Shown here: positions 1 to 12,359 of the stretch, piece by piece | Layout: every line of letters starts with the position of its first letter | Position numbering within the stretch: the first letter of the stretch is position 1 | Assembly: GCF_000315625.1 (NCBI RefSeq) | Contig: NW_005434597.1 | Coordinates: 15,924 to 79,923 of the forward strand | DNA length: 64,000 nucleotides | Source: Guillardia theta CCMP2712 | Taxonomy: Eukaryota; Protista; Cryptophyta | Direction of reading: 5' to 3' | The notes under the pieces: model-generated | The model's input: the letters and a program-made list of their open reading frames with translations, nothing else | What the model was told of the DNA's origin: nothing | The model's database searches: none | Position numbers and translations under genes: made by a program

Positions 1-160
1 CAGGTTCCTATTTCCTGGCAAGTTCTTATTCCAGGCACAGTGCATCATTGCATAGCAAGTTCCTAATATGCATGGTAGGTGCTTGATCTCTGGCACGTAC
101 CTTATTTCCTGGTATGTTCCTTATTTCCGACAGATTCATTATTTCCTGCAGGTTCCTGAT
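1..160. repeat. Degenerate ~18-19-nt minisatellite (approx. CAGGTTCCTTATTTCCTG), probably intronic
   Basis: Recurring GTTCCT/TATTTCC units, about 8 imperfect copies. Confidence 0.55.
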
Positions 161-2356
161 GTACGAACAGAGAGAGGGAGGGAGGGAGAGGAGATCCTCA
201 CCTTACACCTGTGATCTAGAGCTGCAGACAAGAGGCTCTTCTGGGACGAGCAGAAGGCAAGCTGTGAGATCGCTTTTGCATGCGCGTTGAACGAGTGCTG
301 GCGGGAAGGTCAGGCGGGTAGGAAGGACTGACAGGAGGCAGGAGGGACCAGAAGGAGTGGAAGAGAACTCTCGCTTTGCTGATGCCATAACGAGACCTCC
401 CCCTGAAACGAGCAAGTCGCCAAGTACGCCATGCTCTCTATGAAGAGAACCGCCGGAACCGCCTCCGTGTGCGCTTGAAACTGAAGGGCATTCGTGAGGG
501 AAGAACGGTCGAGGGCGAGGAGGATCAGGAGGAAGAGGAGGCGACATGGTAGAGCTAGGAAGAGGAGGCAACATGGTAGAGCTAGGAAGAGGAGGCAACA
601 TGGTAGAGCTCGACGACTTGGACGCCAGTCTCGATGCTCTTGGGCACAAGAAATGAATAGACGCAGCCGCTTGCCGTCCCTACAAACAGCTGCGAGCTCT
701 GAGAACCTGTGATGGAGAGCAGCGGAAGAAGCAGAGATAGGCAGGGGACCATGACGCGCAGGGCAGGAGGAAGAAGGGAGCAGGCGTGCAGAAGAGAACG
801 AAGATGGAAGCATGGACAAGGAAAGGAAATGATGGGGGGGGGGGGGTGGACAAGGAAAGGACCGTACCTGCATGCCCTCAGGCCACCAGAAGGAGCAGGA
901 GAGGATGTGAGGGGTCGGGATTGTCTGCCGGAGGTGGAAGGTGAACTTCCCCCAGAAGATGAGGCAGCCGTCAGCGCCGCTGGTCACGATGTAGTCCGAG
1001 CTCTCAAGGTCTGACACCAGCACGACAGAGGCTAGATGGCCTGTCTATCCCTTCAGCCTCCCCTGCTCTCCCACTCCTCGTCCCCACCAGCCATCTCGTG
1101 CGCCAGCGTCAATGTTTCTCCGTTGTAGAGCTGGAACGAGCCAGTCAGCTTGCGAGGAGGTGGGGTAGAAGGGTGTCAATGCGGTCAGCAAGACCTTCAC
1201 TGAGTCGCTAGCGGGAGTGAAGACAGCGATGTGGTCCTGAAGGGCAGGTGAGAGGCAGCTGGAGGAGTAGAGGGGAACATGGGGGGAGGGAGCAGGAGCA
1301 AAGCTTCTCACAGTGTCGACAAGGCATGCGATGCCCTCCACCGGGCTGGCCGCGAGCTTGACTAGCGGCATCGACTCTGCCGTGCCGTCAGCAGCAGTGG
1401 GGAAGAGGTACAAGGAGAAGACCAGCAAGGTGGTAGGAGTGAACAGAGGTTTCATCCTCGTCCTGCTCACTCCTTGCAGTCACAGTCAGTCAACTTGTCA
1501 CTTCACGCTCCGCCAACCCTGACGCTCCCTGCTCCCCACTCAAGTTGCTGGCGAAGAACTCCGCGACATCTGCCCATCTGATCCGCCCGTCCCCGTCCCC
1601 GTCGATCTCTGACTCGTGCGAGGGGTCAGCCAGCAGGAGGGAGGTGGGAAGCAACCTCGGAAGACGATTCTGAGCTGATCAGTCTCAGCCTGCAGGGAAG
1701 GGACGAGGGTCTTGACGTGCGTCAAGAACTGAGCCTCTCCCATCGCATGCAGATCTGCTGGGACAAACAGCCGTTGGAGGAGGCGCAGGTGATCTAGAGT
1801 GGAGTCAGCAAGCGAGAGACTCCGCTCCTACAACCACCTGGAGAGACGCTCTCGATGACTCGAGCCAAGTCTTGCTTCTGCTCAGTAGACGCGTCCCTCA
1901 TGTCAAAGATGTCGCTGCTCCAGAACGACTTTCGCTTCTTCGTCCGGGACAGTTTCCTCTGGTGCGACATGCTAGCAACCTGATTCGCGCTGTACGAGTG
2001 TCAGGGCGTGTCGTCGAGAGGAGGAGGCAGTACCGGGTCTCAGAGAAGAAGAGGCTCTGATCCTCGCAGCAGGAAGAGATGTAGCTCTCACATACACTCG
2101 TTCTGATCAGATCGCGCTGACTCCTCCCTCTCTCCGTCTGGCTGATCACAGCAGGTACGTCCATGGCGTTGCTGCTCCTGTGCTGGAACCTTGGGGGAGG
2201 CTTATCCTTGGAGTTGATGTAGCGCCACAGTCTGTCTCGCCTCGCCCTTTTCATCTGCAGGACGATGTCTGGGTCCCGCTGGTTGTTCTCCAAGACAAGA
2301 TGCGACCTGTCGATCAGCTCGCGAGCCTTGAAGGCTCTGAGCCAGGGCTCATCCAT
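1..2356 (-). CDS. Multi-exon gene, probable WD40-repeat protein; runs off the left edge or 3' end unresolved
   Basis: Starts MDEPWLRAFK at 2356. Several same-strand ORF pieces are separated by short GT-AG introns. WD-like segments include DYIVTSGADGCLIFW and YLATCSFQGEVSLW. Confidence 0.5.
531..610. repeat. 27-nt tandem repeat x3 (GGAAGAGGAGGCRACATGGTAGAGCTA), intronic
   Basis: Three near-identical adjacent copies are directly visible. Confidence 0.9.
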
Positions 2357-3011
2357 GGCTTGTCAGCAGGAGGCTAGGAGGCTAGGTGACAGCAGCATCA
2401 CTTGCCAGGTCTGCTTCCTCCTCTTGCCTTTAGCAACATCTTCACATGTTGATATCATGCATTCCACTTGACTGCTCTGCTCTGCTCTGCTCTGCCTCCT
2501 GCTTCACCGTGCGGTCAAACCGTTGACAAGTTTCGAACTACCCCCTCCTCCGTTCGTACCCCTCCGAAAGTTATCCACCCACCGTCTGCTAGCAAGTACC
2601 CCCATAAACTACTAAATACACCCCACCTTCATACTGTACCTTTAGCCACCATTTCTACCCCTACCCCCCACGGCTACCCTATTACGCAATCAAATTTCAA
2701 GTCCTCGGCGCAGCATGTCCGACCGACGGAGGCAGCGGACGATGCATGCTGGAATCTCTTCCTGCCCTCCCTCCCTCCCCTCTCCCTCTCCCCCCCCTCC
2801 CCCTCTCTCCGCGTCCTCTCCCTTCCCTCCTCCTCACATCAACTTGTCGGCTCCATCCTGGCCGTCCTGCCCTGCCCCTGCACAAGCGATCTCGCCACCA
2901 GCCACCGAAATGCGCCAAGGATTTCAGCCAATGTCAGCCTCCTCGACCCATCGAGCTCCTCGCGCAACCTCCTCCCCGAGACGATCTCCCAGTCATGCTC
3001 CCTCCCACGTC

Positions 3012-5772
3012 ATGGCGCATCCTTCTTCTACTCCAAGAACCCTCACTGTCGGTGAAGCCGAGAGCGAGCTCGAGGGTAACGCGGTGAGCTTGGAGGAACG
3101 GGAAGGCCTCCTGGTGTTTGCAGGAGGGAGGCTGGTGAGCCGTAGGAGCTCTCAGGATGTGCTGCTCTGTGCACAAGCATCGAAGCCATTGGGGTCGCTC
3201 AAGGGCTCAGTGAAGTACTTCGAAGTCTCCATCCTCCTTATGGCTCAGTCCGAGTTCGGGATCACCATCGGGTAAGCCTCGCAGCATGAGTCTTCCCGCC
3301 CTCTTTGACTCTCTTGCTCGCGCAGCCTGGCGCTGAAGGGGATGGACGGGAAGCAGCCGGGGAGCGAAGCCAAGACAGTCGGGTGAGTGAGCGAGCGAGC
3401 TGAGTTGAGAGTTGGAGAGGGAGGGCTGACTGGTGTGCGGATGACAGGTACTCGTCCAACGGACTTGTCTTCGTCGGGACTCCCAACAGCGGTCAGCGCT
3501 TCGGCTATCACTTTGGCGTTGGAGACACCATAGGGTGCGGCTTCGACTGCAACAGTCGGGACCTCTTCTTCACCAGGAACGGAGTGAGGATGTCCTCCAA
3601 CTCAGACCTGCGGAACTTCAAAGAGGATGTGATCCACAGGCTGCATCCCACCGTTTCCTTGTCCTCGCAGTACGATACTGTTGTCCTCAACTTCGACTAC
3701 GACTTCAAGTACAACAACCCGCTTCTCACCAAGCTCCCCGTATCTCTCTCGCCGGCGAAGCAGAGCCTGGGATCAGAGGACGTGGAGTACGAGGAGGGAG
3801 TGAAGCCGCTGCGATCAGATCGGCTGACGTTGAGGGTGATCAAGGAGAGCCTCTCAGAGGACGGGCTTCCTCCTTCCCATCGAGTCATCCGCATCAGCAT
3901 GCACTTGCAGATGCCCCACGTGCCACCAGGCATGGTCTACTACGAGATGTCGCTCCTCTCCTGCTCCTCCTGCGCACTCGATGGCTCGCGCAAGCCTCCT
4001 GACCTCCGCATCGGCATGCAGGCCAACGACTCAGCCTTGCGGACGGGCTTCGTGCCCTTCGCTCCCAAGTCGGTGACGTACAAGAGTGACGACGGGTTGA
4101 CTTACTGCGGGTACAAACCTCGGCGGCTGACGTGCGGAGAACTCAACATCAACTCATACGGGGAGGGGGACGTGATCGGATGCGGCGCCATCCCGCACCT
4201 CAACCTCGTCTTCTTCTGCCTCAACGGCAACTTCCTCGGGTTCCTTCACGTGGGCTGGCTCATGGACTCTCCGTTTCAAGGATTCGCGCTGCTGCAGCAT
4301 GCCGGGGACATGGCGCGATTCAACCCGGGGGTGAACAAGTTCGCGGTCTCGTACAACAACCTCAAGTGGGTCATGGCGATCGCCGAGGCTGCGCGAGTGG
4401 ACGCGGCCATGCTGGACGACTATCACGTGCTAGAGATGCGAGATGAGCAGCCGGCGAAACAAGACGCGGTCCGAGCATCCATGGAGAAGCTGGTGGCAGG
4501 GAGGTTCGAGGGGCTAACGCAGATCCCTCTTGAGGAGGTAAAGTCGACCATGCAGACCATGGTCGATCGATACTCCAACGAACTTGCGCGGATCAAAGTG
4601 AAGCACGAGTCGGAGAAGGGAAGGATGAAGGCAAAGATCCGCTACCTCTCCTCCAGAACATCCTTCCCACCCAGCTCTGCCCATCAGGACTACACGAATG
4701 CCTGGGAAGCTCAAGTGGAGATGAAAGAAGAGCAGAAACTGCGACAATCGTACTCGAGCAACGCGTTGAAAGAGCGCAATGCTGTCTACCGGAGCAGCAT
4801 TTCACTGGGCGAAGCGGATCAGGCTCAGCAGCCCGACAGTCATCACAATGAAAATCGAACAGACTCAGACAACAACATCACCAACTCTCGGAGGCCCTCA
4901 AAGACAGATTTGCAGAGTCCGCAAACACCTTCCAAGTTTCGATCAAGGTCACTTCTCCTTCCCTTCTCCTCCCTCCTCTCAACACTGTGCAGATGCACCA
5001 ACGGATCTACATTACTGAGTCAGACTGCTGCTACTCAAGCTCATTTTATCGAAACACAGAAGTTCTCAAAGATTACATCAAGGTTTTGTCCTGACAAGGC
5101 TGCAGGAAATTTGGAAGCGTCATTCAGAACGTGCGGGAGGCCACGAGCAAGAGCACGTGAGACGTTGATATTGCTTCTCCTTCTCTTCTCTGACAGGCTC
5201 ACCTCAGAAGCAACTCCGCCAAAGAGGACAAGGTTCCTCATGTCCTAGTCACGCTCCTGCTCCTGCTCCTGCTGCTCCTGCCCCTGCTCCTGCTCCTGCT
5301 CCTGCTCCTGACATGCGTTTCTAGTTGTGGAGTAGCACTCCGAGGTTGTCAGGCGTGAAGAAGAAGGTTTGTCTCCTGTTCTTGATCCCCCTCATCGCCT
5401 CTTGCACAGGTCGACTGTCGCTTGGAAGCAGCTGAAGTTCAGGCCCTCTATCCCTATGATCGCTCCCTCCATCGCTGGAGCCACAAGAGCGACAGACAGC
5501 TCTCCCCATCCTCTCCCTCGCCTTCTCGATCAAGTTTGCACCCTCTAGGCTATACTCCGCTCACCTACACTCCAGCTCAGCGCCCAAGTTCTGCTCCCTC
5601 CAAGCCAAGGCCGTCGGTCAGGTCAAAGTCCAAGACGCCTGTCCGGTATGTTTGCTGTCTCCTCCCATCTTCTATGCCGTTGATGGTCCACCAGCGACTC
5701 AGGTCGCTCGCCATGGCTGCTGGCCGACATACGAGACGACGAAAGAGGGGCACAAAAGCCGCTGGAGGATGA
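3012..5772 (+). CDS. Protein with two SPRY domains, a coiled coil and a low-complexity C-terminus (multi-exon, 3' end approximate)
   Basis: SPRY1 spliced: KYFEVSIL...GITIG|..PGSEAKTVG|YSSNG...FGVGDTIGCGFD...LFFTRNG. SPRY2: YYEMSLL...RIG...YGEGDVIGCG...VFFCLNGNFLG. Introns ~3272-3325 and ~3383-3447. Confidence 0.8.
5254..5310. repeat. (CTCCTG)n microsatellite
   Basis: Directly visible. Confidence 0.9.
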
Positions 5773-5861
5773 GCTCGAGGAGATTCGAAAAGGTTTCCGC
5801 AGGTTCCTGCCGTCCAATGCCCGCGCGTAGCAGAGGCAGCAGCAGTCAGCTGCCCAGCGAC

Positions 5862-7526
5862 TCACTTACTTTCTTGCCGTCCGGTCTGTAAAGCCTGCAA
5901 GAACTCGAGGTCCTGCAGTATCATGCTCTCAACCTCGTCATCTGTCCGCGGCTTCCTCGGCACGCGAGCTGAGCTCCATCGCAGAGGCTCGTGCGGCTTC
6001 TCGGGGCTGAGGGAGCTCATGGACTGCGAGACTTTGAACTTCCTTCCCCGCTTGAAGTAGGATCCTCCCGCGTTTCCCTCCCCCTCACCTTCTGTCCTGC
6101 CTCTGTCAACTTTCCTACGATCATGCTCGATGTCTTTGCGGAGCACCAGCAACTTCTCAAGAGAGTCTCGCTCCAACATCAGCTCCCTCATACATCTCTC
6201 CTGCACCTCAACATCGTTCTCCAGCTCCTGCACTTTGCGCGTCAACTCCACGACCTCCTGCGACAGAAGCATCGATTTCTTCTTGAGCCTGTCCTCCCTA
6301 TCCAACACAATCCCTTTCTCCTCACGAAGAAGCAGGATCTTCCTGTCTCGCTGTACAATCTCTTCTTGCATCTCGTTCATCTTTGCGTTCTTCTTCAGCT
6401 GCAGATCATGTAGCTCCCGTTCAGCGTTCTCGTATTTGATCCTCCACATTTCAATCTCTTTTCGAGCTTTCTCATCGTTGGCGTGCAATGCTTCGATAGT
6501 CTCTGCTCGCTCAAGCAGCTCTTTCTCCATCCGATGTTTCTCACTGTTGCTTGTCTCGAGCGATTTCTCCAAGGCTGAATGCGACTTCTTCAAGGGAGCG
6601 AACAAGAAGTCAAAGTCTCGAAGTTTCTCCTCACTCACATCAAGTTTTTTACGCGTCTCGTACGTCTCCTTGCGAGCACTGTTCACCTTCACATAGAGGT
6701 CTGACACTTGTCCGCGCAGTTGTGAGTTCTCCTTTCTCAGCTCCTGTATCTTGACATTGCCAGCGTCAACGTCAATCTTGAGATGGTTTGCGTACGCCTG
6801 CAGTTTCTTCATCTCAACGGCTTGCTTCTCGTGTGCCTCAACGGCTTGCTGTAACCTCTCCGTCTTGTCTCTCAGGCTCAGTTTCGTCTCTTCGAACTTT
6901 GACTTCCATTCGCTCACTTCCTTCCCCTTCTCGTTCTGAAACTGCACGTACCGTTTGCGAGCTTCGGACTCTGAGTTCTTGAGATCCGCGCGCAGCTGCT
7001 CGAGCTTTTCTTCCTTCTCTTCCAGCTTGGTGTGCAGCATTGAGATCTCTTGCTTCAGCTGCACCTTCTTCGCCTCCTCCCCCTCCAGCTGCGAGCTCAG
7101 GTTTTGCGTCCACACGGAGAACTTCTCCAGCTTGGCCTTGTTGGCTCGTTCAAGGTCTGAGAGCTGCGAGCTCAGCTGCTGGATCTCCGCCTTCTTTGAT
7201 CGCACTTCGTTTTGAGCTTGCAGCAGGTTACTCTCAGTCACTCTGATCTTGTTTTCATACTGGCGCACAACATTCACGAGCTGAACGATCTTGGACTGGA
7301 AGCGGGAGACGTCAGACGGCATGGAGTCAAGCTTCTCCAGCGACTGACTGAGCAGATCTAATTCGGCATCTTCATCTTCCTGCGGGAGCATTGCATCTCC
7401 TCTGGAGGAAGCAGCCTTGTCCTCTCCGAAGGCATCGATGATATTCTCAAGCAAGTTACACGCGTTGTTTGTCATGAGATACATCTGATCTAGCGATGCC
7501 GCTTCTGACTTGCCTTCTCCATTCAT
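5862..7526 (-). CDS. Long coiled-coil protein (554 aa ORF)
   Basis: Uninterrupted ATG-started ORF, E/K/L/Q-rich with heptad periodicity. Confidence 0.8.
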   Translation of the reverse strand: MNGEGKSEAASLDQMYLMTNNACNLLENIIDAFGEDKAASSRGDAMLPQEDEDAELDLLSQSLEKLDSMPSDVSRFQSKIVQLVNVVRQYENKIRVTESNLLQAQNEVRSKKAEIQQLSSQLSDLERANKAKLEKFSVWTQNLSSQLEGEEAKKVQLKQEISMLHTKLEEKEEKLEQLRADLKNSESEARKRYVQFQNEKGKEVSEWKSKFEETKLSLRDKTERLQQAVEAHEKQAVEMKKLQAYANHLKIDVDAGNVKIQELRKENSQLRGQVSDLYVKVNSARKETYETRKKLDVSEEKLRDFDFLFAPLKKSHSALEKSLETSNSEKHRMEKELLERAETIEALHANDEKARKEIEMWRIKYENAERELHDLQLKKNAKMNEMQEEIVQRDRKILLLREEKGIVLDREDRLKKKSMLLSQEVVELTRKVQELENDVEVQERCMRELMLERDSLEKLLVLRKDIEHDRRKVDRGRTEGEGEGNAGGSYFKRGRKFKVSQSMSSLSPEKPHEPLRWSSARVPRKPRTDDEVESMILQDLEFLQALQTGRQESK

Positions 7527-8039
7527 CCTTGACTAGAGCAAGCTTCAAGGCAAGCGCTTGATACAAGATGAGTCTTTTTTTATTGACTCGCCGCTTCTAA
7601 CTCACTTCTCGTCGCTCTCTTCTCTTGTCACCTTCTCCTTCTCCGACACTCGTCTTCAACTCAGCTCTCCTCCTCCTCCTCTTCTTCTCGCCTCCTCTCT
7701 TCCATCCCTTCCCTCAGTTGCTGCATGGCGGCCCTACACAGGCTTGCCCTTGTCTCCTCCACCCCCCACTTTGACCAGGGTATCACCCCACCCACCTCGC
7801 GGGACCGTTACATCGCGCGCACTAATTGATAAAACGGACCAAATGAGGGCAAGCGCGACAAGTACGGGGGTCTGAGGCGGGTCTGAGGCGAGTGGTCTTT
7901 CTCTCAGTACTCTTGTTGTCTCTTACGGAGGGTGCGACGGAACAAGGAGTCGCCAGAGGGAGACTGACACCAGGCAAGTCACCGCCATGCTACGCTCCTC
8001 CTCCTCCTCCTCCTCTCCTCACCGTCTCCTCCCCTTCCA

Positions 8040-8877
8040 GAAGCTCATCGTCCACTGCGAATTGAGGCTGCACAACAAGCTCGTCAGGACGGGTCGACGC
8101 ACACACTGCGCCTTAACCAAGGGCTTGACGTTTCCAAGAGCCGCAGCACAGGCTTGAGCCTGCATGGGCTGTCAGGGGAGGTCATGGCATGGAATGGCAC
8201 CTGTCGCTTGAAGTCTAGTTCAGCCAAACGAGGAGGCCCATGAGAGGAAAACTTCTCAGTGAGGATAGAGTCCTCGTCTCTCTTTGGCTTCTCGGCCTCT
8301 TCATTGGGGGGAGGGTCCTTTGCGAGATCTTTCTCTACGACGATGCCGCTAAAAGCCGGTCGTGAAGGACCATCCTCCATCTGCTCCAACCTCTTCAGCT
8401 TGTCCAACTCTTCTAGAAGATGCTTCCTATGGCCCAGCGAGAATTTCAACTCCTTCAAGTCCTCAGACTGAAGCTGAAGCAGAGCCTGCTCTCATATCAG
8501 CATTGCACGGCAACATCTGTCAGCAGATATCATACCTTGCCGTCAATGTCTTCTTTGGCCATGCTCTCTTTGTACATGTCGGTCTTCTCCCCAAAAGTCG
8601 GTCTGAACGATTCAAGGAATTGCAGGACACCCTGCGTAGTCCAAGACCTGACGGCAAGCGTTCACACCGATGCTGAAAGATGGCAGGGCATACGATGCTT
8701 TCGTCGGCTCTTTCTTTACAGACCTGGGATCTGAGAAAGAAGTGAAACCCTGACAAGAGTAGAGTGATGCACAACCCTGCACAGCTTGGAGGTCATAAAA
8801 CCCATTGTGTCCCACGGAATAGGAGTAGTCAAAGGCTTCGTTCTCATCCCAGCGGACATGGCAGACTTTTCCTCCAT
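8040..8877 (-). CDS. SAM-domain protein (multi-exon, ends approximate)
   Basis: Spliced SWTTQGVLQFLESF...YKESMAKEDIDG|..ALLQLQSEDLKELKFSLGHRKHLLEEL matches the SAM consensus (W..V..L, IDG..LL.L..EDLKEL...LGHR..L). Confidence 0.75.
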
Positions 8878-9239
8878 TTCCAACCCACTGCAGTCGATCA
8901 GGACATGCGAGTCACATGCGATGATACCTGAATCGTTCCGCAGCCTTTCTCGCCCTTGATCCCACTCCCCAAGCAGCTCGCCGCCAGGCGAACTCGAAGG
9001 CCACAGACGGCTTTCTGGGAGCAAGTCCAGTGAAGGAAAGAGACATCAAGGAGAAAACTGCACCTGCATCAATGGCTCTGCTCCTACCAAAACTTCTTTT
9101 CCTGCCTCGGCATGTCACAAGCTGCCCAGGCTCAACGGACGTGCTGAGAGGTTTCGTCACCTTGACTTGGCGGCTTGTTCATCGCTGGAGCTTTGCAAGG
9201 GTAAGCTAGAGGAACAAGGGAGGACTCGGACCTGAGGCA

Positions 9240-10850
9240 GACGAGTTGCTCACGCAAGACTGGGGAGTCACTTGCTCAGAGTCTTTCTGCTGGAGCCATC
9301 AGGCGCAAGAGCTTGTCGTGCGTCAGCACACGTACAGGCTTGAGGTACTTGGGGATCTTCTCAAGGATCGTGCTTGGCACCTTCGCCTGTGCTGGCACTG
9401 GCGCCTCCTCCTTGAATTCCTTGACAAGACCCGAGGGACCGGGAAACAGCCTTGTGCACATGAGCAGGTCTGCGGCATGCGGGGGGAACACACCTTTGCT
9501 CTTCTACAGAAATGTTCTGCTTCGAGGGTGGAGAGCTGGGCAGCTGTAAGAAGGAAGTTCTATGAATGCTACTCACAGACCTGCTCGAGTTCACCTGCCG
9601 TGGTATCGCGACATCAGGCGCAGGAAGCATACGCGGCTCAAGTGCTTACTGACCTTGCCTGCTTCCAGCGCTCGCGGGGGAGGCATCTTCGAGTCGTTGA
9701 TCTCCGTCGAGAAGCCACGCGAAGCAGCTTCAGCGAACCAGCGAGACGCCTGAGCCAGTCACGAGGGACTCGCTGAGAGCTGGCAACACCTTAGAAGTGT
9801 CTCGAGCGACGCCCACACCCTCCGCGTAGAGGCAGCCGAGGTTGTACATGGCCTGCGCGTCCCCCAAGTTTGCCGCCTGTGACTTCTCAGCCTCCTCGCC
9901 CCTTCCCCCGCTTGCCTCACCCGCCAGAACCACTTGGCTGCCTTGTGCTCGTCTTTGACTACCCCGACCCCGTCCTACACAAGGAGCATTAGCAAGAGAC
10001 CTCACCCTCCTCCCGGCGTTCCATGTAGGCAATGGCGAGGTTGTACTGGGCCTTGGTGTCGTTCTGTCGCGCTGCCTTGGCGTACCTGCAGGTAGCGGTC
10101 AGGCACGAGCGCGTCGGTGGCAAGGAGAACCATTTCACAGCCATGTAGGGGTCCTTGTCCACCCCAACCCCTTCCATGTAGCACACCTGCCATGACGTCA
10201 GAGGCTCAGGGTCTCGTTGGAGTCGCAAGACCCCCAGCATCCTCTGCGCCCGCATGTCGTCCTGCAGTCGGAGATCTCACTTGCACATCTTCATCTTGCC
10301 TCTCCTCACCTGCTGCGCGGCTTTCTCATACCAGAGCGCGGCCTCCGTCACGTTCGGAGGGCCTCCCTTCCCTTTCCCGGACAAGTAAATCGCGAGGTTG
10401 ACCTGCGCACGCGCGTGTCCTTGTTCCGCCGCCTTTCTGAAGTAGAACCTTGCTTGTGTCTGGTTCACATCCACTCCCTGCATGCAGGTCATGACAGGCA
10501 AACAACTTTTGAACTCCTCACTTTTCCTTCAGCATAGTAGCACCCGATGTTGTATTGTGCATCCATCACGTTGTCTTTGTCGGCCAGCAGCTTCAAGAAG
10601 TTGAAGGTCTTTGAAAGGCGTCAGGTCGACCTTGACAGGTTGTCTCGATCCACCTTGGTATTGTTGATGTTCAAGGTGTCCCGATTGAGCGAAGTCTGAT
10701 TGAAATTGACCCAATCCTGACAACCGGGGCCGTCAGGAGCGCTACTGGAAGGTACAAGCAAACCTCTAGGCCTGACTTGTAATCTGTCTTTGAGGGAGGA
10801 TGTGGATCTTGATGAGATGTCAAGATAAGAAAGAAGTCTCAACTTTCACC
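9240..10850 (-). CDS. Sel1-like (SLR) repeat protein (multi-exon, ends approximate)
   Basis: Repeats QARFYFRKAAEQGHARAQVNLA, AALWYEKAAQQ, KAQYNLAIAYMEG, GDAQAMYNLGCLYAEGVGVARD. Confidence 0.85.
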
Positions 10851-10869
10851 TCTGAGAGTGCGAAGAACA

Positions 10870-12292
10870 TCCGGAGGGAGCGAGTCGAGAACAGCATTGA
10901 CATCCCTCACCATCTCGTGCGCCTTGTTATAACACTGCGAGAGTTCTCTCTTGACAACTTCATCAGACGGTCTCTGACGAAACACTTGCTACAACAGCAA
11001 CATCACTTGAACATTCTCTTTGCAATCTGATCTTCACCAGGAAGAAGAATTTTGCTTCCTCCATCTTCTGCAAAGACCTGTAGGCTATTCCAGCTCGATA
11101 AAGCGCCTTCGCACACTATGAATGGGAGCAAGCAAGTACCATCAATGATTCATCGCACCTTGGTGTTGTTCTGGTCGATCTTCAAGGCCCTTTCGCATGC
11201 TACGATGCATTGCTGATACCGCTGAGACTTCAGGTGAGCAAACGCCATATTGATCTAGATGTCGGCACGACTCAGGACAACACAAATGAACATGAGCGAA
11301 GATCACGTTAATCTTCACGAACTCCGACTGAGTTTTCGAAGTCTGGAGATCCTGCGACTCTTCTGACACCAGATCTTCAATATATTGCAGAGCCTTGCCA
11401 TACTTGGCGATAGCCAGCTGCCAAGCAATCAGCTGATATGAGGGTCTTGAGAGGATTGAGAGTACATCGTATAGAGACATGTTCAGCGCGTCATTCCCCA
11501 TGTTTTTCAGGGCAATAGCAGCTTCTGTCCTGCAGATTTCATCCAATACATGCTCTTCTTCGAGCGTGGCGGGGGAAATCTTTCCTATGTTCTCTGCTCG
11601 TTCCACCCTTGTAATCCCCTGCCAAGAGACGTCAGAAGAAGAGCTCGTTGCGTCTAAACCAGGAGCTAGAGATCCTCTACCTTGTTTGTCTTCTCATCAT
11701 TCTCTAACTTGACGACGTAAGATTTCCCCACCTCCTCGCCATTTCGCAAGGCCCCGTCATCATCGCAAGCAACCACCTTGCAGAACCTCTTGGAGCCATC
11801 GTTTCTTACGATGACAGCCATCTCGTTCGAGTCGAAGTTGTTGTGCAAGGATCGAGTATAGGTGAAGTTTTTCGGCACCAACAGACCGACGTGCGTCTCC
11901 TTTAGTTTCCATCTTCTCCAATCCGACGGAAACCCATCGAAGAGGCCTTGGGGGTCTATCAAAGTCTCGTACTGAGACTGGTTCCCTCCACTCAGCATGG
12001 TCTCTTCTATCCTTCGCTCCCACATGTTGTCCATGGAGCCGGCAGCATGGATCTCCTGGAGCTCCTTCTCATCAAATTTGTCGCTCAGCAGCGGCAGGTC
12101 CTCCAACGCCCCATTTCCTCCTCGCAGCCTCAGCATCTTCCCTCCTCTTGCCATGGCTCGCAGGCCAGCAAGAGGCGATGCAGGAAGAGGCCACGCTCGT
12201 CTCTCCTCTCTCCTCACCATCCTCTCGTAGCCCCTCGCCATCCCCCCCAGCCATGCAGCCATCAGGACCGTCAGCCTCCCCGCCCCCCGCAT
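10870..12292 (-). CDS. TPR-containing protein with N-terminal signal-like leader ending in LRLRGG
   Basis: Hydrophobic start RLTVLMAAWLGGMARG and motif MLRLRGG. C-terminal TPR helices ALKNMGN...AIAKYGKALQY, SNMAFAHLK, KALYRAGIAY. Confidence 0.7.
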
Positions 12293-12359
12293 TGCGCCTC
12301 TAGCGAGGTGTGGGTACCTTGTAAAACCAGGGGTCCAGGCACCTTAAGTAAGGAATGCC

